From assembly GCA_002269645.1 (NCBI GenBank), contig NIVC01003935.1, positions 4,886-68,885 on the forward strand: a stretch of DNA of 64,000 bases, read 5' to 3'. Positions 37,035-52,239 of the stretch are shown here, in pieces. The notes under the pieces were generated by a model. It was not told the origin of the DNA. It worked only from the letters and a program-made list of their open reading frames with translations, and did not search any database. Positions within the stretch are counted from its first letter, which is position 1. The number at the start of each line of letters is the position of its first letter. The stretch is from Macrostomum lignano (lineage: Eukaryota). The translations under genes were made by a program, and so were the position numbers.

Positions 37035-38330
37035 TCTGACACATCTGGCTTTTAAGTTCAACCTGTCTGACACAAAACCTGACGATATTCTGACAGATCT
37101 GACACAAAACCTGATGATATTCTGACAGATCTGACACAAAACCTGATGATATTCTGACAGATCTGACACAAAACCTGATGATATTCTGACAGATCTGACA
37201 CAAAACCTGATGATATTCTGACAGATTTGACACAAAACCTGATGATATTCTGACAGATCTGACACAAAACCTGATGATATTCTGACAGATCTGACACAAA
37301 ACCAGATGATATTCTGACAGATCTGACACAAAACCAGATGATATTCTGACAGATCTGACACAACACCTGATGATATTCTGACAGATCTGACACAAAACCT
37401 GATGATATTCTCACAGATCTGACACAAAACCTGATGATATTCTGACAGATCTGACACAAAACCTGATGATATTCTGACAGATTTGACACAAAACCTGATG
37501 ATATTCTCACAGATCTGACACAAAACCTGATGATATTCTCACAGATCTGACACAAAACCTGATGATATTCTGACAGATCTGACACAAAACCTGATGATAT
37601 TCTGACAGATCTGACACAAAACCTGATGATATTCTGACAGATCTGACACAAAACCTGATGATATTCTGACAGGTCTGACACAAAACCAGATGATATTCTG
37701 ACAGATCTGACACAAAACCTGATGATATTCTGACAGATCTGACACAAAACCTGATGATATTCTGACAGATCTGACACAAAACCTGATGATATTCTGACAG
37801 ATCTGACACAAAACCTGATGATATTCTGACAGATTTGACACAAAACCTGATGATATTCTGACAGATCTGACACAAAACCTGATGATATTCTGACAGATCT
37901 GACACAAAACCAGATGATATTCTGACAGATCTGACACAAAACCAGATGATATTCTGACAGATCTGACACAACACCTGATGATATTCTGACAGATCTGACA
38001 CAAAACCTGATGATATTCTCACAGATCTGACACAAAACCTGATGATATTCTGACAGATCTGACACAAAACCTGATGATATTCTGACAGATTTGACACAAA
38101 ACCTGATGATATTCTGACAGATCTGACACAAAACCTGATGATATTCTCACAGATCTGACACAAAACCTGATGATATTCTGACAGATCTGACACAAAACCT
38201 GATGATATTCTGACAGATCTGACACAAAACCTGATGATATTCTGACAGATCTGACACAAAACCTGATGATATTCTGACAGATCTGACACAAAACCAAATG
38301 GAATTTTAACAGACCTGACACAAACACTAT
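37035..38330 (+). repeat. 32-bp minisatellite, ~40 copies
   Basis: Unit GATATTCTGACAGATCTGACACAAAACCTGAT. Confidence 0.98.
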
Positions 38331-38449
38331 AGGTTTGATATTTCTAAAGAAAACTGACTACAAAACTCAAGGAATCAAGCAGAATGAAAAGAAAAATGAA
38401 AGGCACAATGAGACAAATATAATCTTACGCTTATTCTTATAAACTGAAT

Positions 38450-40082
38450 TCACTTAGCAACAAGCTTCCGCATGGCGTACAAGCCAGCAGCCAAGCTGCC
38501 AGCCGCCAGTGAGCCGTACATCCAAGTGTACACACTGCTGCTGCCACCAGCTGCATCAGTCTGAGCATGAGCGCCTTCATCACCAAGGCTGCTGGCCCCA
38601 GAGTCGCACAAATCAGCCAGAAGCTCCGGACACTCCAGGCACAGCAGTGCCACAGTTCGATGCAAAGATCTTCGACCAATAAAAGCGGCGTAGGCGGCGC
38701 ATAGTCGGTCGAGCTTTTCATCCGGGTCTGATCGGGTGCCGCAGCCGCCAGCCTGCCGCTTGTCCAGATCAGCCAGCCGAACGAGCATCTGGACGAAAGC
38801 TCGACCAGCCGACAACACATCGTCGAATGCCGCGGTGGAATCGGCGGCATCTGAAGAGCAGGCAGCCTCTGCGACAGCTTCAAGGCGTTCCAGAGCGGAC
38901 TCTGTCAGTCTGCGACCGCCGCTGCCAGGGCTGCAAGGAGTGACAGAATGCCTATAGTAAAGTCTGTCTGTTAAAAGCAACATCTTGCTAACTTTTACAA
39001 GGCAGTGTATTTTTTATTTTTTTTATTAGAGGCAGGGGGGTTGTGTGCACCCTGGCGCACTTTAAGCGACATAGGCACACAACCGGCGAGAGGCATTACT
39101 GCCCATTCCGCCGACTCCCCTGAGCAGGCATACAAGCGCGAGCGCGCGGATACGTTACGCAGGCACACACTCACACAGGAGTGTACAGCGGCCCTAACTT
39201 TATCAATTGTTAGGCATGTACACAATTCACTGCGCCTTGGGGGTTGGCTCTCAAGGCCGTTAATTGCACGAGCAGAGCCAAAGCGAGATTCCAATTCAGC
39301 CCAAAATTAATGGGACTGCACTTGGAATCGAGCCTGGGTCGCTGGCACACCTGCCAGCTGGGCTACGGCCTCCCTTAAGGCAGGCAGAGTTTTACAAGGC
39401 AGAGTGTCACCCAGTGTTTAACCCCTTCCTCCTTGATATGATAAATATCAAACCCGATGAAAACGGTACCTAATGGACTGAGAAGCGTCTCAAAGTCGTT
39501 TCAAGTACTCTAGACGACTTTGAAACAACGAGGTTTTGCGGTACAAGTCGCTGAAAGAGTAAATTTGAGACATTTCATTGTCTGCGACTCTGGGGCCGTA
39601 GAGTCAGATCGGAGACAGTCGTTTGAGTAGTTAAAAAGTTACTAGTGAGTTTTCAACGGGAATAAGTAGCGCATGAATTATTAATAACGTCTGGCTCACC
39701 AGCCGTCGCGCGCAGACCCAAGCAAAGATTTCGAGGTATTAAAAAGCGACTCGGACACTGCGGCGGCATTAGCTGGCGTCCGCATTGATGCCAGCAGCTT
39801 TGCCCGCCTGCACAGAGTGGTTTCCAGAGTGCGCCAGGCTCGAGCCTGACCAGCCGACGGGATCCTCAGCAAGCCCAGGCGCAATGCGATGCCCGCATCA
39901 ACTGACTGCAGACAGCTGTCAGGCAGGCGGCCCGCGTACACCTCCAGCCTGAGCTGGTACTGCAGCAAGCTGTGGATGAGGCGCAAAGCTTCCTTCTCTA
40001 GGGCGGTGAGCTCGCGCCAGTGGCGCAGTTCTCCCGATGAGCTCAGAGCTGCGGACTGAGTGGCCAGAGGGGACTTGCTCAT
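38450..40082 (-). CDS. Uncharacterised ~294-aa helical protein with a C-terminal tail anchor; exons 40082-39700, 38951-38450
   Basis: Two GC-rich open blocks are joined by a phase-2 GT-AG intron (TG|GTGAG ... TATAG|G). The C-terminus 'VYTWMYGSLAAGSLAAGLYAMRKLVAK*' is a single moderately hydrophobic helix followed by basic residues. Confidence 0.65.
39008..39374 (-). mobile_element. Full-length tRNA-derived SINE in the intron of the orphan gene
   Basis: Near-colinear reverse complement of the 24793-25152 copy, including the T-rich tail on the + strand; an imperfect TTTTACAAGGCAG duplication flanks it. Confidence 0.88.
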
Positions 40083-40239
40083 GACGGATTGACGCCTCAA
40101 GAACAAAATCCTAACACAACTTCAGACTTGAAAGATTCGAGGTTATACTTTAATCTTCTTGAACTAAAAAAACTACACAGGTAAATTTCGCTGACCTATA
40201 GTTTTTTGTTTTTAGTGCATAAACTAAATAGGGCATAGA

Positions 40240-40760
40240 CTACACTGGCCATAAACTACACAGTCCGTAAATTACACATGCCATAAACTACACAGATCAC
40301 AAACTACACAGTCCGTAAACTACACAGTCAGTAAACTACACATGCCATAAACTACACATGCCATGAACTACACATGCCATAAGCTACACATGCCATAAAC
40401 TACACATGCCATAAACTACACATGCCATAAGCAACACATGCCATAAACTACACATGTCATGAACTACACATGCCATAAACTACACATGCCATAAACTACA
40501 CATGCCATAAACTACACATGCAATGAACTACACATGCCATAAGCTACACATGCCATAAACTACACATGCCATAAACTACACATGCCATAAACTACACATG
40601 CCATGAACTACGCAGGCCATAAACTACACATGCCATGAACTACACATGCCATAAACTATAACATGCCATGAACTACACAGGCCATAAACTACACAGACGA
40701 TAACTATACAGACGGTAAAATACACAGACCACAAACCGCAGAGACCATAAACCACAACAG
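40240..40760 (+). repeat. 16-bp CCATAAACTACACATG minisatellite
   Basis: Seen directly; same core as the 42915-46280 array. Confidence 0.93.
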
Positions 40761-41261
40761 ATCATAAATTCAATAATTATAAACTTCTCAGAAATTTGAT
40801 TCCAAGAATTAATATTTATTTAGAGACAATTTTGTTTTCTCACTTTATTGAATTTATTGAAAAAAACTGAAATTAAACAAAAATTAAAGTTATCCAAAAA
40901 AACAAAAAAAATTGTACAAAACTTTAAACGAAACTATTATATTTAAAAATGATAACAGAAGAGAAAGATGACAAACTTATATAAAAATGATAAGTGAACT
41001 TTGAAAAAACTTCAGTAGATGATTAATGATAAATATGCTACCAAGCAAAGCTCCAGCGAGCAAAAAAGTATTTATGCAGTTTAACTTAGCAATAAATTTG
41101 ACAAGAAGAAATACTACTATTATAAAAATATAAATAGGAAAAATGGTACAAAAAGTGTAATGCATTATTGGAACATCTTTTTAATGTCCATTAAAACTTT
41201 TTAAGTAAAATGCTGTGATCTAAAAAACACAACAAGGATGTATATATAGACCTATACCGGT

Positions 41262-42240
<979 letters not shown>

Positions 42241-42377
42241 GATGTATAGACCCATATTCTGTGATATAAGCCACTATCGAGCTCTATTGCTCAGTAATCT
42301 AAGTAACATCACCCAGGATGTATAGACCTATATGGTGATCTAAGCAACAATCAAAGCACATGCCTGTCCAATCAAAG

Positions 42378-45300
42378 TCACGCAAGCAGGCCTTGAGCTT
42401 TCAGGTGCAATTTTCGATCCAACTGAAACAGGCCGCCGCACAGGCCAGCAGACTGGGCGGCCCCAGACGGCACAACTAGCAGATTAGGCAGACTGAGCCG
42501 CCTAGGCTGAGAGCAGATTAGCACGCAACTGCCTCGGTGCAGCTTTGCATCAGCCGGCAACCTGTTGCTGCTGTTAGAATGGCTAGAGTTACTTCTAGAA
42601 GCAGCTGCTGCTTCAGATTGGCTATCCGGGCCTATGGGCGAGCAGTGACCGAATGCCAGGCACTGACGGCGATGCTCATCAAGCGAGAGCACATCGTCCA
42701 GCTGCACGCAGCCCAGCAGCAACATCTCAGGCGACGGAGGCGAATCGCCTTTGGACGCCGGCTTTGGTGGCGGCCGGCTGGCTTGCTGAAGAAAAGTACA
42801 TTGTGAAAGCAATAATAATTTTTGTGTGCTGAAAAAATGTAAACCTCTATCCTCCGTGATGTATTTAGTTTCAATAACACTGCCACTTTAAAATTTTCAA
42901 GAATTCGGAAAACTACACACAGACCACAAACTACAAAGGCCATAAACTACAAAGGCCATAAACTACACAGGCCATAAACTACACAGGCCATAAACTACAC
43001 AGGCCATAAACTACAAGGGCCATAAACTACACAGGCCATAAACTACAAGGGCCATAAACTACAAAGGCCATAAACTACAAGGGCCAAAAACTACACAGGC
43101 CATAAACTACAAGGGCCATAAACTACAAAAGTCATAAACTACAAAGACCATAAACTACGAGGCCGTAAACTACAAACAAAGACCATAAACTACAAGGCCC
43201 ATAAACTACACAGACCATGAACTACAAAGACCATAAACTACAAAGACCATACACTACAAGGCCATAAACTACACAGGCCATAAACTACAAGGCCATAAAC
43301 TACAAAGACCATAAACTACAAGGCCCATAAACTACACAGACCAAAAACTACAAGGCCATAAAGTACAAAGACCATAAACTACAAAGACCATAAACTACAA
43401 GGGCCATAAACTACAAAGGCCATAAACTACAAAGGCCATAAACTACAAGGGCCAAAAACTACACAGGCCATAAACTACAAGGGCCATAAACTACAAAGGC
43501 CATAAACTACAAAGACCATAAACTACGAGGCCGTAAACTACAAACAAAGACCATAAACTACAAGGCCCATAAACTACACAGACCATGAACTACAAAGACC
43601 ATAAACTACAAAGACCATACACTACAAGGCCATAAACTACACAGGCCATAAACTACAAGGCCATAAACTACAAGGCCATAAACTACAAAAACCATAAACT
43701 ACAAGGCCATAAACTACAAAGACCATAATCTACAAGGCCCATAAACTACACAGACCAAAAACTACAAGGCCATAAACTACAAAGACCATAAACTACAAGG
43801 CCCATAAACTACAAGGCCATAAACTACACAGGCCATAAACTACAAGGCCATAAACTACAAAAACCATAAACTACAAGGCCATAAACTACAAAGACCATAA
43901 ACTACAAGGCCCATAAACTACACAGACCAAAAACTACAAGGCCATAAACTACAAAGACCATAAACTACACAGCCCATAAACTACAAGGCCATAAACTACA
44001 AAGACCATAAACTACACAGCCCATAAACTACACAGGCCATAAACTACAAAGCCATAAACTACACAGGCCATAAACTACAAGGCCCATAAACTACACAGGC
44101 CATAAACTACAAAGCCATAAACTACACAGGCCATAAACTACAAGGCCATAAACTACAAGGCCATAAACTACAAAAACCATAAACTACAAGGCCATAAACT
44201 ACAAAGACCATAAACTACAAGGCCCATAAACTACACAGACCAAAAACTACAAGGCCATAAACTACAAAGACCATAAACTACAAAGGCCATAAACTACAAG
44301 GGCCAAAAACTACACAGGCCATAAACTACACAGGCCTTAAACTACAAGGGCCATAAACTACAAAGGCCATAAACTACAAAGACCATAAACTACGAGGCCG
44401 TAAACTACAAACAAAGACCATAAACTACAAGGCCCATAAACTACACAGACCATGAACTACAAAGACCATAAACTACAAAGACCATACACTACAAGGCCAT
44501 AAACTACAAGGCCATAAACTACAAAAACCATAAACTACAAGGCCATAAACTACAAAGACCATAATCTACAAGGCCCATAAACTACACAGACCAAAAACTA
44601 CAAGGCCATAAACTACAAAGACCATAAACTACACAGCCCATAAACTACAAGGCCATAAACTACAAAGACCATAAACTACACAGCCCATAAACTACACAGG
44701 CCATAAACTACAAAGCCATAAACTACACAGGCCATAAACTACAAGGCCCATAAACTACACAGGCCATAAACTACAAAGCCATAAACTACACAGGCCATAA
44801 ACTACAAGGCCATAAACTACAAGGCCATAAACTACAAAAACCATAAACTACAAGGCCATAAACTACAAAGACCATAAACTACAAGGCCCATAAACTACAC
44901 AGACCAAAAACTACAAGGCCATAAACTACAAAGACCATAAACTACAAAGGTCATAAACTACAAGGGCCAAAAACTACACAGGCCATAAACTACACAGGCC
45001 ATAAACTACAAGGGCCATAAACTACAAAGGCCATAAACTACAAAGACCATAAACTACGAGGCCGTAAACTACAAACAAAGACCATAAACTACAAGGCCCA
45101 TAAACTACACAGACCATGAACTACAAAGACCATAAACTACAAAGACCATACACTACAAGGCCATAAACTACACAGGCCATAAACTACAAGGCCATAAACT
45201 ACAAGGCCATAAACTACAAAAACCATAAACTGCAAGGCCATAAACTACAAAGACCATAATCTACAAGGCCCATAAACTACACAGACCAAAAACTACAAGG

Positions 45301-47721
45301 CCATAAACTACAAAGACCATAAACTACAAGGCCCATAAACTACAAGGCCATAAACTACACAGGCCATAAACTACAAGGCCATAAACTACAAAAACCATAA
45401 ACTACAAGGCCATAAACTACAAAGACCATAAACTACAAGGCCCATAAACTACAAAGACCATAAACTACAAGGCCCATAAACTACAAGGCCATAAACTACA
45501 CAGGCCATAAACTACAAGGCCATAAACTACAAAAACCATAAACTACAAGGCCATAAACTACAAAGACCATAAACTACAAGGCCCATAAACTACACAGACC
45601 AAAAACTACAAGGCCATAAACTACAAAGACCATAAACTACACAGCCCATAAACTACAAGGCCATAAACTACAAAGACCATAAACTACACAGCCCATAAAC
45701 TACACAGGCCATAAACTACAAAGCCATAAACTACACAGGCCATAAACTACAAGGCCCATAAACTACACAGGCCATAAACTACAAAGCCATAAACTACACA
45801 GGCCATAAACTACAAGGCCCATAAACTACACAGACCATAAACTACAAGGCCCATAAACTACACAGACCATAAACTACAAAGACCATAAACTACACAGACC
45901 ATAAACTACACAGACCATAAACTACAAGGGCATAAACTACAAGGCCATAAACTACAAAGACCATAAACTACAAGGGCATAAACTACAAAGACCATAAACT
46001 ACAAAGACCATAAACTACAAAGACCATAAACTACAAGGGCATAAACTACAAAGACCATAAACTACAAAGACCAAAAACTACAAGGCCATAAACTACAAAG
46101 ACCATAAACTACAAGGCCCATAAACTACACAGACCATAAACTACAAGGGCATAAACTACAAGACCATAAACTACAAGGCCATGAACTACACAGGTCATAA
46201 ACTACACAGCCCATAAACTACACAGGCCATAAACTACAAGGGCATAAACTACAAGGCCATAAACTACAAGGCCATGAACTACACAGGTCATAAACTACAG
46301 GCTTTCGAAGTTTTCGAAATTTTCGAAGAACCGTAGTTTCCCGCCCTTTATCTTGAGTTTCACCGTCTCGAATCCCCTCCCCTAAATTTTAAAAGCTTCC
46401 CAACAATCTTAATAACTAGAGATCATTAAATTATTCACACCTCGCATTCGGTAGGTACGGCGATCCACATGCAGCCCCGATGCAGTGGCCAAGCACTGCT
46501 GGGCAGCTGGCCAGTCCAAGAAGGCTCTGGCGCAGGGGTCTGCAGAACAAGCGAAGCCCACGGCTCCCAGGCTCGCAGGCAGAGGCCGTCATCGCGAAGG
46601 CGCAGCAGATGGCCGTCCTGCAGACGGAGGCTCAATCTACGAAGCCTGGCCAAGTTTGAGCTTGAGCTGGCAGTAGAAGAGCCGCTCGGAGCTGACGCTG
46701 TCGGCAGCTCGAAGACGAGCCTTGGCGATGGGGCATCAAGCGGACGGAGGCCGCGGGTGACCACAGCTTCGGGCGGTATTGGCTCCAGCCCGGGAGGACA
46801 GCTGCAGAACAGGCAGGGCCCGGCACCCTCCTGGGAGCATTGGATTCGGCCGCAGACGGGACAGGAGCCAACGAGCTTGTGTCTGGCCGCGGCGCAATTG
46901 CACAAATTGCGCCCAGGCAATAGTTGAAATTGGCTGTCTGCATTGACGCTGCTATGAAATAATTCGTCCAGTTCACCTGGGAGCGGTAGCGAGCACTGCT
47001 TGTAGCGGTGCAGTTCCTTCTCATCAGCAAGTTCGGACTGCTTCTCGTCTTGCTGCACGACGCAGGGACTTACGGGGTCGTGCTTTTGAGGCAACCAATA
47101 TGGTCGACGCTGCCTACTATAAAATTGCTTCTTTTGCGCTTGCTGATCAGGAAACTTCTGCTTCTGCGCTTGCTGATCAGGAAACTTCTGCTTCTGCGCT
47201 TGCTGATCAGGAAACTTCTGCTTCTGCGCTTGCTGATCAGGAAACTTCTGCTTCTGCGCTTGCTGATCAGGAAACTTCTGCTTCTGCGCTTGCTGATTAG
47301 GAAACGTCTGCTTCTGCGCTTGCTGATCAGGAAACTTCTGCTTCTGCGCTTGCTGATCAGGAAACTTCTGCTTCTGCGCTTGCTGATCGGGAAACTTCTG
47401 CTTCTGCACTTGCGGATTAGGGCATTGCTGCTTCTGCGCTTGCGGATTAGAGCATTGCTGCTTCTGCGCTTGCGGATTATGGCATTGCTGCTTTTGCACT
47501 TGCTGATAAGAAAACTTCTGCTTCCATGGCTGTTTCTGCATCATGTAATGATTGCTTTGCTGATATTCAATCTGTTGAAAATCATTGCAAGACTTCTGCC
47601 GCTTTTGCATAGGACCCACAGCCTGTGGCTTAAGTAGAAGTGGTGGGAAACCTTTTCTTGGCACACATTTAATATGCTGGCAATTATCTTCCATTTCTTT
47701 CTTGCTAGCTTTGCTGCTCAT
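42378..47721 (-). CDS. TRIP4: TRIP4/ASC-1-like protein (C2HC5 zinc finger plus ASCH domain) with an N-terminal Q/K-rich decapeptide array, ~562 aa; exons 47721-46441, 42785-42378
   Basis: Zinc finger 'CNCAAARHKLVGSCPVCGRIQCSQEGAGPCLFC'; ASCH start 'CLRAWEPWASLV...HRGCMWIA'; exon 2 'LLLGCVQLDDVLS...CVLICSQPRRL...LFQLDRKLHLKAQGLL'. One phase-0 GT-AG intron. Confidence 0.8.
42915..46280 (+). repeat. ~3.4-kb 15-17-bp satellite (CCATAAACTACA core) filling the TRIP4-like intron
   Basis: Units CCATAAACTACAAGG / ...CAAAGA / ...CACAGG. The marker variant GCCGTAAACTACAAACAAAG recurs at ~43160, 43530, 44400 and 45060, indicating higher-order duplications. Confidence 0.98.
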
Positions 47722-48779
47722 TATCTAATTTAATAGTACTGTTTCCACAGATTCTTTCTTAGCATCCTAACTGAAGATCTCTATTTCTTGCATCAAATTT
47801 AAATCATGGTTTGAGTAATTATTTTTTTAAGTATTGAAAGTAGCAGTATTTTACAATAATAGTTTTAATTCAATACTATAACTCAATACAATACTACAAA
47901 AAGACTATCTATGCATTAAAAAATTAAACTGCCTAAACTAAAAGGATTGCAATTCCAAACAAAAACCAATTTATAAAGCTAAGTCATGCTTAGAAATTAT
48001 TAAGATGTTAAAATCATGTTAAAATCATAAAATATGTACATTCTTATGTTTAAAGGGCAATAGGCATAAACATCTAGCTAAAATCTCTATTAGGTTGGGC
48101 CCTTGAATAAATGGCATAGTGGTTTTGTCTATTGGTAGGATAAAACTATTGTTCAAACAAACAAATAAGACACCCTATTGGAATAAATGTTGAAAACCCA
48201 TGGATGCGCACTTTAGAAAAGAGTCAAACTATTTTACTGCGCTTTAGGATTATTAGAGATGTTCCATTTCATTGAAATCAAAATTTGCTAGCTTTCCAAA
48301 ATTGAAATTGAAATTTTCTGAAATCAAACTTCAGAAAAACAAAGTTTAGTATGACCAACACTAACTTTTTTACTTTTAATTTACTGCTTATGCAAAACAA
48401 AATACATGTATATGTAGCAGAATTAGTCTATTTAAATGACTTTTTAGACACTTCCAAAATTTTGACTTCTAAATTTTTTTCAAAATTGAAATTTGCTTTT
48501 TAAAAATTCAAATTTTGGAAAATGAAATTGAAATTTCAGAACTTCTCCTAAGCTTTATAAATTATGAGTGTATAGGCCCTTTCCACAGAGGTATTAGACC
48601 CCTTTACATGTATATGTATTTGCTAGAGCAGCAGCTAGCAAAAAAACGCAATGCACGCGCAGGCACTACATGCCTGTGCACACATTGCACTTTAGAAAAA
48701 ATTTCAAAAGTGCACTGGATGCCACCTGCAATTTTACTTTTTCCTGTAGAGATAGGACACAAGTCTAAAAAATATAGTA

Positions 48780-50094
48780 CGAGGGTTGTTCGGAAAGTCC
48801 ACGATCAAACATGCATATCTTTTTTTAGTCACTACTTTGTCTTGAAACTTTATACCATAGACAAATATCATACCCTCAATGTTTTAAATCAAGAGTGGTC
48901 TTGTTTGAGCCAGGAATTTCCTTCTTGCAGTGTTTTTTGTCACACACGAATTCCATCACTATGCTGAATAACAAAGAAGCAAAGCAAAGTTTCATTTGGT
49001 TTTTGTGGAAACAAGGAAAGTGACAGGCAGAAATTCTTTGCGAGTTGCAAGCAACGTATGGCAAATGTGCACCATCAAAAACAATGGTCAACAAGTGGGT
49101 TCAGCATTTTGAAGATGGCTGGGAGACAGTCAATGACCTTCCACGGAGTGGCCAACCTGCCACCATGGTCAACAGGTTAAACATTGAGCTTGTGCATTGT
49201 GCTCCGGATGTTGACTGCCGAGCTACAATGCGAGAGTTGTTAACCATTACTGGCATCTCATCAACAACCTTTTATTCAATCAAAAATCCTGATGGTTGAG
49301 CACTGTATGTCACGTGTTGTTGCTCGTTGGGTCCCAAAACTTCTGACTGACCAGCAGCAGCGAGAGCAGGTCCAGGTGTGTTGGCAGCTCCTTTAGTCAT
49401 ATTGTAGTGATCCCAACTTTTTGGACCAGATTATGACTGGGGATGAATCTTGGTTTCATTATAGTGAGCTAGAGTCCAAGATGCAGAGCAGTGTGTAGAA
49501 GGCCAGCCATGAGCCCACACCTGTAAGGCCCTGACAGCACCTTTAGCTGGCAAGCAAATGGCCACCATCTTCTGGGACAAGGAGGGTATTCTGCTCATCA
49601 AATGGCTTCCTCATGGTGCCACAATAAACAGTGAGTACTATATCCAAGTCCTGCAGAAGTTGTGTGAAACCATCAAGGCCCAGCAGTGTGGCAAGCTGAG
49701 CTGTGGTATCCTGCTATCTGCTTCAGCACAACAATGCCAGGCCGCATACTAGCTAGGCAACAATGGCTGCCATTTCAGACCTAGGCTTTGAGGTGCTACC
49801 ACACCTACCCTACTCACTGGACCTTGCACCCAGTGACTTCTGCCTTTTTGAAATGATGAAAAAACCCTCCGAGGTACAGCTCTCTACAGACCCTGGCATT
49901 GGCCATCAGCCAGTGGGTCAGGGGGTCACCTGCCAATTTCTATGCTGCCAGCATCAAGAAGTTGTCTGAGAGGTAGCTCAAGTGCATAAGCTTCAAGGGT
50001 GCCTACGTTGAGAAGCAGGAAGATTAGCGTTACATTTGTTCTATCCGTTAAACTGTTAGAGGTGTTTGATTGCGGACTTTCCAAACAACCCTTG
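48780..50094 (+). mobile_element. Full-length (1315 bp) but inactivated mariner element
   Basis: TA|CGAGGGTTGTTCGGAAAGTCC ... GGACTTTCCAAACAACCCTTG|TA. Transposase relics 'KWVQHFEDGWETVNDLPRSGQP', 'ARWVPKLLT', 'TGDESWFHY', 'MATIFWDKEGILLI' and 'PYSLDLAPSDFCLF', with several stops and frameshifts. Confidence 0.92.
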
Positions 50095-52239
50095 TATATT
50101 GATTAACATTTTGGAAAATGGCATTTGGCATAAACTAGCTTGATAATGCCACAGTATAGTGGTCTAACATGGTGTGGCAGCATGGTATGATGGCAAGGTA
50201 GATAGATGTATAGCAGCAGCTAAGGTTAGCCTATCAAATGATGCCCCCCCCCTTAGTCTAACACGTATAGTTAATATAGTTAATTTTGTTATCTAGTATA
50301 CTTATACTATATGTTGAAATGCAATACTATATTATAACCAATTGCCTTTATTGCAAATAGCATTTGGCAAAAATTAGCCCCTAACAATATAAGTAGTCTG
50401 GCAAAGGAAAGGGTGACATCTAATGCAGTTCAGACCTTGGCTGCAATAGGGTTGCAATGTAGACAAGTCTTAGTTACATAACCCTAGGCCAATAAAATAA
50501 ACCTTATAAAAGAAAATTAAAAATATATTTTACTTTTTAAAATGAATGTTTTATAAATAATATATTAATATATTTATTCTACTTTTTGTTTATATATAAA
50601 GTAATGTTAGGCCTAATTTCTAATATAAAGTACATTTTAGAATCTACAAACAAATATATAGTCTTATGGCTATAAAAATAGGCCTATTAGAGTATTTATT
50701 CTTATACTTTTATTGCATTTATTTTATTTTTAAACATTTTAAGATAAAAAATGCTTAGGAAGATCCTACAAAGACTTAAATTTAAATAGTCTATTATCAT
50801 CAATTATGAATGAATAAATGTTATTATTTTGGTTGACGGTCATTTTGTCTGCCGCCTTTTTGTCTGCCAATATACGATATAGTTGTTTCGTCTACCAATA
50901 TATATAATATATAAATCAGAATAACTAATTATGTCATCAAGCTTCGCATGGAAGTGTAATGTAAATGTCTTATTAATTGTAATTTATTATAATGCTAGGA
51001 TTTTTCTGAAAGTTCCAGAGCTAAAATGTTGCATATAAATACACAAAGCCAGAAGCAAATATCTCCAATTGTTTAGTTTCCTTCCAACTTTCTTTTTACA
51101 AATAATTGCAAATTTTTTAAAATTGTAAAACTTTGTAAATTGTAAATTGTAAAATTGTAAAAAATTTTTACAAATTACGCATGCGTCCATGGTGAAAAAA
51201 TTATCGATAACACCACTTTCTCAGAAAATAACTTCGCATCGATGCATTAGGTCCATGGTCAGGAAGGTGCAGCGTGTGCGCCGGAATAACATCCATCAAA
51301 ATTTTTGTTGTGCGCCGCGTGCGCCGAGAAAAAAAAATTACTTGTGCGCCCCATGCGCCGAGAAAAATACACTTGAAAAAGCACCATCAAGTATTAAGTA
51401 TCTAAATTGAATCAATATCAATGGAAGTTCAAGCAGTTCAATCATGGCTTCTATTTGCAAAATATAAGCAAAAAGACGCAACAAAAGCCGCGAAAGGTGC
51501 AAATTTGTTAAGTTTGTTAAGTCGATTAATGAAATTTGAAATAGAAACAACATTGGAAATAACGACTATCGTGATGACTATCGTTCATTTTATTGATTGA
51601 TTGACATTTAATATACGTTTTTTTATTATTCATTATTATATTGTCACGTACACTGACATACCTTGTGCGCCATGCGCCGAGCCATGCACCGATGCACCAA
51701 GCCATGCGCCGATGCGCCGAGCCCATGCGCGCGGCGCAGTGAAGTGTGCGCCGTACACCGGCAAATTGCTGATTTGCGCCGGAAAATTCCGAGGATTCTA
51801 CCGTCTTCCTGGCTGTGGCATTAGGTTAGGTTAGTTAGGTTTCCAGTGCTGGGCATTAACTAGTTAATTGTTTAACTAGTTAATTAACTAGTTAATTTTT
51901 TTTAAAAATCGTTAAATTTTCGTTTAATTTTTTATGTAATAACTAGTTAACAAAAATCATTAATTTTTTTCTGTAAGTTAAAGTTAAATGACAAAAGTTA
52001 ATAATTCCGGGAAATGGAGTTCCCCGGGTTCAAAATCCGCGGGTTTGAACAGCTTGTATGCCATTAAAAAGTAAAATTAATACATCTTTCTAAGCATTAT
52101 TTAATGCGTCACAAACTATTACATGTATATATTTCAAATACAAGTTATAATGTATAGAATATTCCGGAAGATTCTGGAATCTTCAACTATTATCTATTGA
52201 TATTCTACCCAAGGACTACTAGAAGTTATCGTTGTACAT

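Noticed and set aside
36939-38327. Cys-rich ORFs 'CQICQNIIRFCVRSV...' resembling zinc fingers
   Set aside because: They are translations of a 32-bp tandem repeat cycling through three frames; the apparent CxxC is incidental.
47008-47637. Plus-strand Leu/Arg-rich ORF (LLLRLLIRK)n
   Set aside because: It is the antisense shadow of the TRIP4-like 30-bp coding repeat.
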